From: Botryllus schlosseri
Taxonomy: Eukaryota
Direction: 5' to 3'
Length of the DNA: 64,000 nt
NCBI GenBank assembly: GCA_051294905.1
Contig: CM119376.1
Coordinates: 15,376,001-15,440,000 of the forward strand
Both the position numbers and the translations under genes were made by a program. Shown piece by piece: positions 1 to 12,300 of the stretch; the first letter of the stretch is position 1, and each line of letters begins with the position of its first letter. Under the pieces are notes generated by a model. That model saw nothing but the letters and a program-made list of their open reading frames with translations, was not told the origin of the DNA and made no database searches.

Positions 1-941
1 TCGATGAACCTTGCAATAAGGCTCCCGGCTGTATCGAACGTGGGCTGTGTCTCTTTTTCGTCGAGGACTGGTCGCCTGCTCGATCGCCTTCGAGGTCGAG
101 GACTGCACACTCCTGATCCTCCACGAAGTTGCGTGCCTCTGTGAGCTCAGCACCCTCTGACCAGAAAATCGTCCTTGCTGTGGGTGTCATTGTCCCAGTC
201 CTCAGCTGAGCACCGAGCTCGAAGGCGTTCGACCAGGCGATGTAGCCCCTCCTGCTTCTTCACGATCAGAAACTCAAGTCCCTGAAGCTTAGCGACGGTG
301 GTGCTCAACTCTATGGCCATGCGATTGAGGACGATCAGTTTGATCTACCAATGCGACGAAGGTGCACAGGCCGGACTTTTCTTGTTGATAACCTCGAGTA
401 GTTTGGTACCGTGTCCAGTCAAGCAAGTGCTCACGTTCCTAATTGACAATTAACTGGTGTCAACAAACTTGGGGCAGGTACTTTTCATCTCCTGGATCAA
501 GTTCAGTTGCCGTCTGAGGTAGCCATCCAGTCCCATTGTCGTGTGGATGAAGTGATTCTTGTAGAGCTGGCGGTATTCGGCGTGCGCCACAAGGTCCAGT
601 GGTGCAGCCCGCACCGCACTAGCATAATTTCATACCCTGCCGCCTGTTCAACCCTTGTCGCCACGCCTCTGATCAATCCACCACATGGAAGTACTTTTAG
701 CGCTTCGGAGACCCCCTTTTACACACACATGCTGTTTCTTGTGCACACACATGCCGTTTCTTGTGTTTTTGTGAGTTCCCTGGTTGTTTCAACAGTATTT
801 ACGCTGCTCTGACTCGTTCATTTCACTAAAAAAACTTGAAAAAACACCATCCAAAAAAAAGCTTATTTTGGGATGTTTTCAAATCTTATTTTTGGAGAAT
901 CTCCAAAAATAAAACCCAATATCCAAAAATAAACAGGCCTG
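1..941 (-). mobile_element. Degenerate, internally deleted hAT-superfamily DNA transposon; transposase remnant at ~1-715, runs off the window
   Basis: Manual minus-strand translation across stops and frameshifts: RGVATRVEQAAGYEIMLVRCGLH/LDLVAHAEYRQLYKNHFIHTTMGLDGYLRRQLNLIQEMKSTCPKFVDTS*LSIRNV...SPACAPSSHW*IKL. This contains the hAT CxxH motif and a decayed TRW-L motif. Terminus CAGGCCTG at 941, with subterminal TTATTTTTGGA-type repeats at ~860-930. Confidence 0.75.
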
Positions 942-1972
942 CCGATATTTGAGCTAAAATCCCCCTCCCCTCCTATGAATAAGTTGCCTGTGACTAAAAA
1001 AGGTGTTTTTTACCGCACAACCATTTGTTGACTAAACAATATAGGGCCAACATATTCAGATATGTCCGAACTATGTCGAATGTGGACCGCGCTACACTTT
1101 TGTAAAGTTCCGCTAAATGTGGCCTGTTTTTTACCATCCGGGTAGCCGCTAACGAAAAATAAATCACCGTAAGTCCTTTTGCCAAGGCCTCGAGTTGAAT
1201 CGATGAATTTGGTATGTTCTTCACGTTCGCTCATACGTTGGCTTAAAAAGGTTAGCATTTTCACCAGTAGCCTTGTGCTGAATTCGGCTTGACTTTTTCG
1301 TGCTTATAGTAGCAATTTGGTCGAGAGGCTATGTCACGGGCCCAACGAAATCGTCTCGCGAGCCTCACTTTATCGGAGGGTGTAATATCTACGGAGGGCA
1401 TTTAAACATTCATCTATCTTAAAATCCGCCAAAGATACATACAATTGTAAAGAACTATGCAGTTACATACTTGACAGTTCTACCATCAAAATCTAAAAAC
1501 CTTGTGAACCCAGTGTATCTTCTGATACAACCCTGAAGCCAGATTTCCCCCTAAAAATTTTAAAATTCCTCCCCGGTTGGGAACCACTGTCTTTAGTGAT
1601 TGTTTCTCATCATTGAACAGTTGGTAATGGACTTACTGGTTTCTTTGTTTGTATGGCTCAGTGGTAGGAACAGGATATATAGTTTAAATAGCGAAAAGAG
1701 TGTGTATTCACACCTACAGGGCCGAAAAGGGTGGAACACGAAAACAGAACCTTACTCAGAACTACATCGCGGTCATAAACCCGACGTGCCTACGTTCATA
1801 CGTTCCTATACTTTCCTATTTGTATGTACAATGTGGATGAAAATGTTGTACTCGATTTATACCGCGGTATAAGTCTGAGGTAGGTTCTGCTTTCGTGTGT
1901 CTTTGGTGTATATTCACACCCGTGTGTCGGGGGTGATACATTGGTGGAAATACACACTATTTTCGCTTAGAA

Positions 1973-2697
1973 CAGGGCCGGCCAACCCGTGGCCCCCGGG
2001 CCACATGTGGCCCGCGAGAAGGTTTTGAGTGGCCCGCGAGGTAATTTCCGAAATTTGTAATATAATACAAAATGGATTGCACAGATTGTGAACTTGAAAG
2101 GCCAATCAAAAATTTGATTAGTCTTGCCGCAACACTTGAGATGTGATGACCAAAATATCAGTTCCGACGCATTGGCAGATCCATGAGCCAGTCACATTTT
2201 GGTAGATCTTCGTACACTACAATATAGCAGAATAAGTTGTGATAGATTTATCAAAAGTAAAAATTTTCTTCACGTTTCGCGCAACATGCTGTCACTCCAT
2301 TTCTTGCTTTAAATATTGTTACCCCTATGTGAAAATGAACGAACGCCTATCTGTATCAGATTTAGTCTAATTATATTCGTGATTACGAGACAAAGTGTCG
2401 TTCAACATATGCGACCTTGCGTTTGCGCTGGCAGGAAGACCGTCGACGATGAAACCTAGGCACAAAATGATTGATGTATGTTGGTCGAAGCTTTCGATAT
2501 CGATATGTCCAGGCTACGAATAGTCCAGTCCTTGCAAATTGCGCCCAGCGATATACAGCAGGCCCGCAATATAGTCAAGTGACAATATTATTGACCTATG
2601 AAGTTCGAAAAATTTTCGCGCTTGGCGCGGCTAGTGGCCCGCGTAATAGTTCGTCAATCGAACGTGGCCCTTTGGCCAAAACGGTTGGCCAGCCCTG
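1973..2697. mobile_element. Non-autonomous hAT-type MITE
   Basis: TIR CAGGGCCGGCCAACC...GGTTGGCCAGCCCTG. 8-bp TSD gcttagaa (1965-1972) / gcttagag (2698-2705). Confidence 0.85.
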
Positions 2698-3747
2698 GCT
2701 TAGAGTGTGTGTTCATTGTTCAGATTACGATATCTGTCTATAGGTCTCAGGTCGACTGATTCTCGAAGGAAACCGCCGCGATAGCTCAGACATTTTGAAT
2801 TGGTATATACTTCCTATGCAAGGTAATTATGGATAGCACAGTCCACAGAATTGCAGGGGCGCATCCAGGAGGTCTTGGGGTCGAATTTGAGAACCACTGT
2901 GTTTGTATTCTGCATTTCCCGAACATTGCAGTCTTGCTCATCCTTATTTCGATGTGGCCAGCCTGCGGACGTACAGCGTCACGCAGCCGTAAAACAATCA
3001 CCATACCATGCGGCCATATAGACATAATTAAATTATTAGTGTGTGTTGGCGGTCGTCAATTGGCAATATGAATTAACGAATTGGTTCACGAATCTTTGAG
3101 AGATTCTAATTAAACTAGAAAATTTTCTTCTCGCTTGGCGGGATTAAGGCTTACTTGGATTTTCGTTTTTAATAAAATAGTGCAATCCGAGCCCCACCGT
3201 AGAAATTTGAGTAGCAGAGAAAAATGATGCTTCTCATGAAAAAAATACCGACTTGGAGTCGTCTGGATCTCACGAATGAAGGTTTTCCTGGTACGATTGG
3301 GCGATTTATGAAATAAATATTTTGATTATACCGACAGCAAGCGTTATATGGGAGTTCAAGAAATAACAATATTCAACAGAGTGAGTAATAAAAACCGGAA
3401 GATGAATCATCATTAATTTTGTGCCCACGATTGTCGAAGACATCCCCTCCATCAGCCCTACCGGTTAAGCTGATTACGTGAGGTGAGAATGGATAAATAT
3501 TTGACAGTAATATTCGAAACTACCAATGTTATCGAGAAAATTCATTCACGAGGTTGAGAAAATTTCCTCTCCCCGCTCGACTAGAAACTTAGTTCCAATA
3601 ACTTTCCCCAGCTTTTATACTAGCGATTTTACTGCATATATCAGTGATTCTCGAACTGGGGGCATGAAAGCATCGGAAGGGGGTGCGAAGCTGCGCTCCA
3701 CTGAAAAAACTTTACCTCCGTTATCCTGTTTTTTGCTCTGTGTAGAG

Positions 3748-5156
3748 CAGTGGTTCCCAAACGGTGGGGAATTCAATGGTTTCTGGTGGGGAATAGACGC
3801 ATTTGTTCAAAATTATATACAGGACAGTCTACATATTCACGGAGACACATGTGCAATTGCCGTTACCAGTTAACTGCTATGGAATGTATGCATCGAAAAT
3901 TATATTGCGTGTTGTTCACAAAACCTCATTTTAACTCTGGATGGCCAATCATGGGGTCACAAACGCATCCAGCACGACTAGTTTGACGTGAAATAAGGCT
4001 TTCGCGAAATTTTGAGAATTTCTGGCAGCGGTTCACAATACGTTTTATGTTGCAGTTATGGGCGATTGTGTTGCGTACTGGTGTGGTTGTGTGTCTTGTG
4101 TAGCCAAACCAGCAGATAGCTTCTCTGTGATGACAAAGGTGCTGGGTAGGGGGGAACAGGACTGTAACTTCCGTACCCAAGACCTCCCAATTGGGGGGGG
4201 CTCGAAGAGGCCCAAAATTATTTCGTGAATTAACATAAATTAAAATATTTTTTTTGGAATTTATGCCATTTTTTTAAAAAAAACTTCGCGCTGCGTGCGC
4301 GATTTAATATTGCCGAATATTTGATTATTGGGAACCCTTCCCCCACGAAAATACGTAGAATTTATAGAAATGAAGACTTCGGTGTCGGCCATTACTGCGC
4401 CACGACACACCAAGGCATATGAAGTTATAGGCCATGTAACATGCAACTCTGAGAAATGTGCCAGAACGATTAGCAGCGAGAAGACCTTGGCCGAGACGGG
4501 ATGTTCTTGTGCTGACCGAAAACTTCGATACAATATACATATATGTTCATTGTTCAATTGTCCATGGCCGGCTAAAGGGCTGGCGCCGACATTGATAACA
4601 AAATATATGCAATCCTCGATCATATTGACCGATTCAAACACACCAAGGCATATGAAGTTATAGGCCATGTAACATGCAACTCTGAGAAGTGTGCCAGAAC
4701 GATCAGCAGCGAGAAGACCTTGGTCGAGAAGGAATGGCCTTGTGGTGACCGAAAACTTCGATACAATATACATATATGTTCAATTTTCCATAGGCGGCTA
4801 AATAGCTGGCGCCGAAATTGATAACAAAATATATGAAATTCTCGATCATATTGACCGATTCAAACACGAATTATATAAATTTTTCGCGCTTCGCGCATTT
4901 ACTCGAAGTAAGGCGACGCACTAAACGGTAAACCCAAAGTAGCTGATAAGTAGCAGGGAATAAGAATACAGGCTCAGCGGGGCTGAGGGGGTTCTGGGGG
5001 CTTATCCCCCAGAAATTGGGTCTAGCACCCTGTGGGGGCCCAAGATCAACGTGTTTTGGGCGGGGCTGACGAAGTGGTGTTACGGTTCTGGTGGGGAATG
5101 AAGACTCGGAATAAATCTGAAGTGGGGAATGAAGACAAAAAGGTTGGGAACCACTG
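3748..5156. mobile_element. hAT-type (CAGTGGTT) MITE carrying a nested element
   Basis: TIR CAGTGGTTCCCAA...TTGGGAACCACTG. Perfect 8-bp TSD gtgtagag (3740-3747, 5157-5164). Confidence 0.9.
4157..5090. mobile_element. Nested 'CAGGxCCGTAAC'-family MITE
   Basis: Ends CAGGACTGTAAC...GTTACGGTTCTG. TSD ggggggaa / gtggggaa. Internal ~234-bp tandem duplication (acaccaaggcatatgaag at ~4407 and ~4641). Homologous to 11749-13027. Confidence 0.75.
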
Positions 5157-5646
5157 GTGTAGAGTCCTATTTTCAAATTTGAGAATTCTCTCATCAACAG
5201 TTATAATCTCCATGTCACCAAACTATTCGTTGGCGTTGCTAGCATTCTGGTTGCATTTTGTGATATCACAATAAGGGGGCGCGAAGTTTTTCACCATCAT
5301 GAACGGGAGCGTGTCTAAAAAAGTTTGAGAACCGCTGTCATATATAGTATGCCTGCGGGGACGTTCTGCTTCTACAAGTAGCAGATTTTACTTGCAAGGT
5401 ATATAGGCCTATCTCAAAAATTCAGTGATTGCTCAGCGAATACCTCACGGGCTCTCCACCGTACGGAGGTTCCGTTAGCCAGTTTAACATGAGTATCTGT
5501 CGTCCAGGTGGGCCATCATCACGATTCTCCGCTGGAATGCTGACGTAGCCTATTCTACATATGTAATCGAAATGCGGTCGTGTAAAACAAAAAGATTGAA
5601 TACCCCTGGATTAGGCCTTTAGGCCTGCTATGGTATCGGTGTATGT

Positions 5647-7278
5647 CAGTGGTTCCCAAACTTTTTCGGTGTGAGGGCCAAATTTAGAATTTTAGAGCAC
5701 GGTCGGGGCCGCACGAATACCAGGGCAATTAAACGGACGTAAAATGTCATCAAAATATGAAAATTGGCGTTGTTCCGATCAATCACTTGACGCCATTGGC
5801 CATTGTTATGGTCATTGTGTTGCTGTGCTCCCATTGTTCAGAACAGTCGACCTTTGGAGGCTATTTCAGAGTAGTTTTATTGCCCTGGCGAGATTTCAAT
5901 TTGCATTTTTGGAATCAGTGCGAAACTAGCTTTCGATAAAGACCTATCAAATTATGCGGACGCTTCGGTTGTGAGCTATATAGGACTACCAATTATGCTG
6001 CTTTCGGGGTGATTTAATGAGTCGGGCTTCGTTGACTATACACGCGCGAAGCGCGAAAATTTTCTGTAATCCATGATCGGAAATTGCATATATATTGCCA
6101 TCAATTTATATCGTCTCTCAGCTCACGTAATCAGTTTTACAGGTAGAGCCGAGGGAAGTGTGTTTGAAAAGGTAGGGCCCCTCAATAATAAATAACCATC
6201 TTCGGGCGTTTATACCCGGTGACAGGAACGAAACAGCACTTCGTCAGCCCCCCCCCCCAAAAAAAAATAGTTAACTTGGGTCTTGGGCTCCCATAGGGGG
6301 ATGAACATATCCCTATCACCTTGTTCGCCTTTGCCACGAAACCAGTTGTACTGTGAAGCGAGCCAGCGCCAGGCGCAAAAATTTTCGATAATTCATGATA
6401 AAGTCGGTTTATATGATCGGGAATTGCATATATATTGCTATCAATTTCTTGTCCTCGCTGCTCACGTAATCAGAATTACCGGTAGAGCTGAGTGAGGTGT
6501 CTTGGAAACTGTAGGGCCCATTAGTATGATTCCGTAACATGTTATTTCGTGACCTCCTGTCTGCTATATCCAAAAAATATAGAATCTCCCAAACGTAGGC
6601 TTCTAAACTAAGAGACGCACACGATTTCAAATTGGTATTTCTTCAATGGAATATAATTTTTCCCTGCGGGATGGTATTTGTCTCGTGAGGTTAAGATTGC
6701 CAAGACAGTATTTTGTATATATAACGACGTTTTCGGTCAGCATAAGGGCAGTCCTGTTCGGCCAAGGTTTTCTTGCGTTGTGCGTCGTCGCGCGGTAAAG
6801 GCTAACGCCGATATGCCCGGTGCCCATTTCCATAAATCTTGCGCATTTTTACTTGGGGATGAGTTCCCAAAAATCAAGATATTTGGCAGCATAAAATCAC
6901 GCCTACAGCAAAATTGAAAAAGATGCATAAATTTTCCTAAGAAAACTCTATAATTTATGCTAATTCACAAAATAATTTTGAGCCCCGTTCGAGCTCGCCC
7001 CCCACCCTTCATTGGGGGTTTGGCGTGTGGCAGTTACAGTCCGGTCTTTACCTATATCTATAGCTACTGCTCGTTCAACTGGTCGTAACGAGAACAGTTT
7101 ACTCACGACTTTCCTGCAATCTTAATTAAAAACTCCAGACTCCAAGCCAAGCTAGTGTATTTTATTAATATAAATTTAATTTTTTGCCATAACTCGATTT
7201 CCTAATATTTTTGGGGGGCCGCAAGAAGGCTAGCTGGGGGCCGCATGCGGCCCTCAGGGCCGCGCTTAGGAATCACTG
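5647..7278. mobile_element. hAT-type (CAGTGGTT) MITE with an internal fragment of the CAGGxCCGTAAC family
   Basis: TIR CAGTGGTTCCCAA...TTAGGAATCACTG. Perfect 8-bp TSD gtgtatgt (5639-5646, 7279-7286). Confidence 0.9.
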
Positions 7279-8330
7279 GTGTATGTGGTCAAGGGTGTAC
7301 GAGTTTCGAGTAAACGTTAAAAGGGTGTGCCGCAAAATGTTGTAGAGCACTGTACTAGTTGACGACAACGTAAGCTGTAAGCCAGGGGCAGGCAACATAC
7401 GACTTTGCGTCTTATATGATAATGTGGCCCGCGGCTACAGTCTGCCGAGATTCCCCGCTACTTGCTTACTACGTCAAATTTTAGTGGCTGTATGTTATTC
7501 TATAGATGTAAGCGCATTGCGGAGCGTGCGAGAGTGAAGCTTACGCGTAAGTTCGTCGAAGCGGGAAGACTGGCATTATCAGCATTTACGATGTACTCAA
7601 CCCTAATATTGTTTGTGGTAATCATGGTGTTTGTCGACTACAATGGTCATTTACACCAGACCGATATTTCTTATTTTTGAATCCGTAGCCGCCGACTTGT
7701 AGCACGGCACACTTCTAGGCTTTTGTAAGACACGGTCAGGGGTCGCCAACTCAAAATGGGACGCGGGCAACTTTTCAAATGTCGTATAGAAGCCGCGGTC
7801 CGCATGAATTCAATATCGAGATAAAAATAGGCCACACAGTTGAACAACGACCCTATCTCATCACCCACTCAGCCCTAATGAATGGATATCTTGGTAAATT
7901 TGGGGTACCGCGGGCTTATCGAACGCCTTGAAATCTTAATTAGTGATTGCACCGTGTGTTGATTGATCAGAGAGAAGCAGACATGGCGGCGCCTGTATGA
8001 CAATGCTGTTCTCAATCCACATTGCATTCGTCATTATCGGCGAGAAATGGCTTTAAAATGACATTGCTGTCGTTAAAATAGATTCATTAAATACGATTTA
8101 CACCTTGTATATGTGGATAAATGGGGGAATAATGTATCGATTCAGCAATCCGGCCCGCCAAGTACTTAATTTTCCTGTATCCGACCCGCCGACTGGAGTA
8201 GTTGCCCACCCCTGCTGCATGCTCTGATCACTTCTTTTGCGATCAATTTATTTGTGAGAGAGCAATTGAGGCTCAGTAAAATGCCCTATCATTGAATGAT
8301 TCGATCACGGTTGTTCTCACAGGCTACACC

Positions 8331-8529
8331 AGCGTTTCGCGAACACCGAACATATGCAACATCGATTTTTTCGACACCGATCACTTGGAATTGAAATTGA
8401 AATTGACTCGAACATTTTGCTCCGAGTCACGAGTCAATCCACATTTATGATACGCAGAGTCAAGTCATTTTTTGCGAAGTGACTCAAGTCTAGTCGTACG
8501 AAAATTGTGACTCGAGTCATCCCTACACT
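8331..8529. mobile_element. Partial (one-ended) copy related to the GACTCGAGT-rich MITE at 61427-62401
   Basis: Ends ...gactcgagtcatccctacactg. Internal sequence resembles 61500-61680. Confidence 0.6.
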
Positions 8530-9326
8530 GATTCTCACCCTCAATTCAATAATATTATCTCGGATATCGCTGGAAATACATGTCTCAGGCATCCTGATTG
8601 GCAGCCAACACCTAAATTCATATTTTCGAATAGTGCGAATTGGTTAAATTTGAGAAAGGATTCCTGTCCGAGGACATGCCGATTAATTTACATACAAGAT
8701 GTCTGCTACCGAACCGCCACAATACATTGCCACCCGCTGAGTGTTTACGAGACAGGAGTGTTGCCTACCGCGAACAAAATTACCGGATCTTTAACACTAG
8801 ACTTGAGTATCGATGAAGAGTGAGATATGGTAATAATGGTATTCAATGATATTCATGAACGTTTGATTCTTTAGTTTTGAGTTTGGATATCGACTTGTGC
8901 TGTCGCGTTCGTCAGTAGTGTTATGTGATTGTGATCGAGTATTCGGTAGTTTATGCGGAATTATGGATTCTATTAGCATTCCGTTCTTCCCATATCCGTT
9001 GTTGGTACTTGGTAGAATAATAGAGCGCATATAGTAGCATTGACTGGGCGTTTGTCATGTTTCGCACTAATGACATTTTCAAGTGCTTTGTTCTGGTCCC
9101 CGGATTATACATTCGGTTCGTATCAGCGTATACTATATCTGGCGTGTCATAGCGGGACGCATAGTAGTCGTCTTATCTGCATCACGCCCGGCACCGCGCT
9201 GGTTCTATTGCTATATGCAATTCTTGCAGTGCGCACAACAAAATCAGTCGACTGTGCGCGCCGTTTACTGCTGTAAGCTGCCGATAAATATACCCTGTCC
9301 CAATAGTGGCGCGCTGAAGCATCGCG

Positions 9327-12300
9327 ATGCCGTTTCGAAAGCCACGTCCCAGAGTATTTAGAATCGTCACGTACGGCAGACGAGAGGATGAAGATACAAT
9401 TTGCAAGTTTTGTGAGGCGTTAGCTAATGACGAGCCGGCGTTCCAGGTCGAGAAGCCATCACCTGATGTTATGCTCGTGGAAACGAAAATGTTCGGTTCC
9501 GCCAACATTCGAGTACGACAGTAGACAGCTGTAGTGCTGTTATTGATTAATACCGTACAATCCCAACTCTCTTTTAGTTGGAATTCGTCCGCGCAATATT
9601 GAAAGATTTGCACCATGTGCCAGCTCCGATCTACTATCACAAGGCCAACTTCATCCTATTTTTTCGAAGTTCTTTACAGCCTCCGCCTGAGTTTAATATC
9701 AGCGAACCTTTGTCGCACGGGCAATTATACAGAGGTAAGCTCTCATATCACGTTGATTCTAACTAACTTTCAGTTGCCTTGCTCGGCTTTCTCTAGTGAT
9801 TAGTAGGGCTGGGCAAAATCGAGTACTTGAGTGATTCGATTCTGAATCACGTATTACACTTCGAGTCGAGCTGAGCATTCGAGTATCACTCATTATGATG
9901 TCACACCAGATTATACTATGTCAAAGTTCAAATATGTACCTTTTTGTCACCAGAAAGAATCTAATGCCTGTTATCTGTCATGTTAAAGATACTTTGGTAT
10001 TTTTTCGGCCATACCAATTTCATTGCACTTCTGACAATTTTGTGGGATGATCATGACTTTGGAAACGTGTTATTTCCAGTAACGTTCGTTGCTTTGTACT
10101 ATCTCGTATGCTGCGACACACGGCCAATCAAGATTTCAAGGCTTGTTCAGTGAAAAATAGTATCAAAACTATAATTCTCGTTAGTAAATTAACTTTCAGT
10201 TGCGAGGAGCGTATGCTCAGTACTCGAAAAAATCGTCTTTTTCTACTCGACTCGAATCATTAAAATTAATACTCGATTCAGATTTGAGTACTCGAATCAT
10301 TGTGTCCAGCCCTAGTGATCAGAGTTACCATACGTCCTCTTCAAGAGGATTTGTCCTCTTTTTTGAAAGTGTCCTCGGAGGACGCCCATATGTCCACTTT
10401 TTTGAGAATTTTGGTTAAATATAGTGTATTGGTATCCACCAATCAAGCATAATCCGAGAATTATCAACAAAAAACTCAAATGACTCCGCTTTTACTAGTT
10501 GGAATTGAGTCGAATTTGTTTTGCATGGTCTTCAAAGACAGCTCAACAATTTAATGGGGTTGACAGAAAAATTGTGAAAATTTTTTTATTTCAATTTGCC
10601 CTAATAAATCAAACATATTAATTTTATCTGCGGAGTCTCATACTTGTTAGAATTGAACCAAATGTGGTGTGCAGCGTTTTTTTTAGGGTAGCCTGACAAT
10701 TTAATCAGTGAATGGCTGGAATGCGGAAAAAAGTTATTTTTGAACAACCTTGTATATACAATTGAATAGTGTATTCATATTGAAATGAACCGAATATTTT
10801 CGGCTGACACTCGTCAGGGGTAATCGTCAGCAACTAGTAGAGAAGTTGAAAGAACATTGTATATCAACAATCGTATCACAAAATATGACGTCTTGTATAT
10901 CTATAAAGGTCGGTACCTTCAAGTATGTCATACGCCGTGGATAACGATTGAAAAGCAGTGATTTAAACAACAAAATCCTGACAACTGCAACAGTACAATA
11001 CCTTGAGGCAAATAGCGTTGTACGGAATGAATTTCGTCAAAAACGTTCAATGTTCACGTACGTACGTAGAAAGACACATATTAATACCTCACTGATTTTA
11101 GTTATTTTTGTCATCAGCTCACATGTTCCAGTCAAAGCTAGGTTAAACAGTGTCGATAGACACTGGGGATCGTGTGAGCCTATGAAAGGTTCAGGTTCGT
11201 ACGAACGCGAACGTGAACCTGATGATGTCGCGTGACGTCATATTGCAAAGTCCAAAGCCTACATTTCAGTGAAGTGATAGCCTTTGTGTACAGTACACGA
11301 TACCTAGCGACGACTCGGGCCACAGTGCTGAGGTGCATATTGAAGTTTTAAACGTCGCCAAATGTATCAACTTGGACAATCAAATGATATATTATTCCCA
11401 TAAAATCAATATCTTCCGTCGCTTTGCCAACAATTTCGACGAGGACTTGCAAGGGAATATATGCTTACGCCTTAGCGGTCTAGGCCAAACCGGACAAAGT
11501 ATTCGGCGTCTGACTATTGCTACGTTGATATTAGCAGAGTGGGTAACGGGTTTCGATACTTGCTACCGATATTACCCCATTACCAAGTTATACAGCAGTA
11601 GCCAACACCGCAATCGCACGGATTTCGTTTTTATGATACAATAAACTTATGAAATCAAGATTGACCCCGTGCGCAACTGCGCAAGTGCGCATGCAAGATT
11701 TTATACATCAGACAACGATATGCATCATTCGCTGACTACCTATACATGCAGCACCGTAACTGCCGCACCCCAAACCCCCCAATTGGGGGGGGCGAGCTCG
11801 AAGGGGGCCCAAAATTATTTCGTGAATTAGCATAAATCATAGAGTATTTTTTGAAAATTTATGCAATTTTTACAATTATTTTTCGCGCTGCGCGCGAATT
11901 CAAGTAGCCATTTATCTTTATTATTGGGTATTGGGCTATTACCGCGCCACGACCCACCAAGACATACAATCAAGTTTTAGGCCATATAACATGCGACTCC
12001 AAGAAGTGTGCCAGAACAATCGGCAGCGAGAAACCCTTGGCCGAGAAGGCCTATGCCCTTATGCTGACCGAAGACTTCGTTATATATAGAAAATACATAT
12101 AAGTTTAATTGTCCATAGGCGCCTAAATGACTGGCGCCGAATGTTCCTGTCTTTGCAATCTGAACCTCACAAGACAAATACCATCCCGCTGGGAAAATTT
12201 TTATGCCAGTGAAGAAATACCAATTTGAAATCGTGTGCGTCTCTTAGTTTAGAAGCCTATACGTTTGGGCGATTCTATATTTTTTGATATAGCAGACTGG

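Noticed and set aside
4261-4773. 170-aa ORF and other ORFs within CAGGxCCGTAAC-family repeats
   Set aside because: They arise from duplicated non-coding modules, and the frames are not preserved between copies.
9182-9640. 152-aa minus-strand ORF
   Set aside because: It is the antisense shadow of the plus-strand exons. The 65-nt intron has its polypyrimidine tract and GT-AG on the plus strand.
9774-9796. Alternative terminal exon (VALLGFL*) for the orphan gene
   Set aside because: It needs a 39-nt intron, shorter than any other here, while the 14025 and 15633 exons continue the frame with good splice sites.
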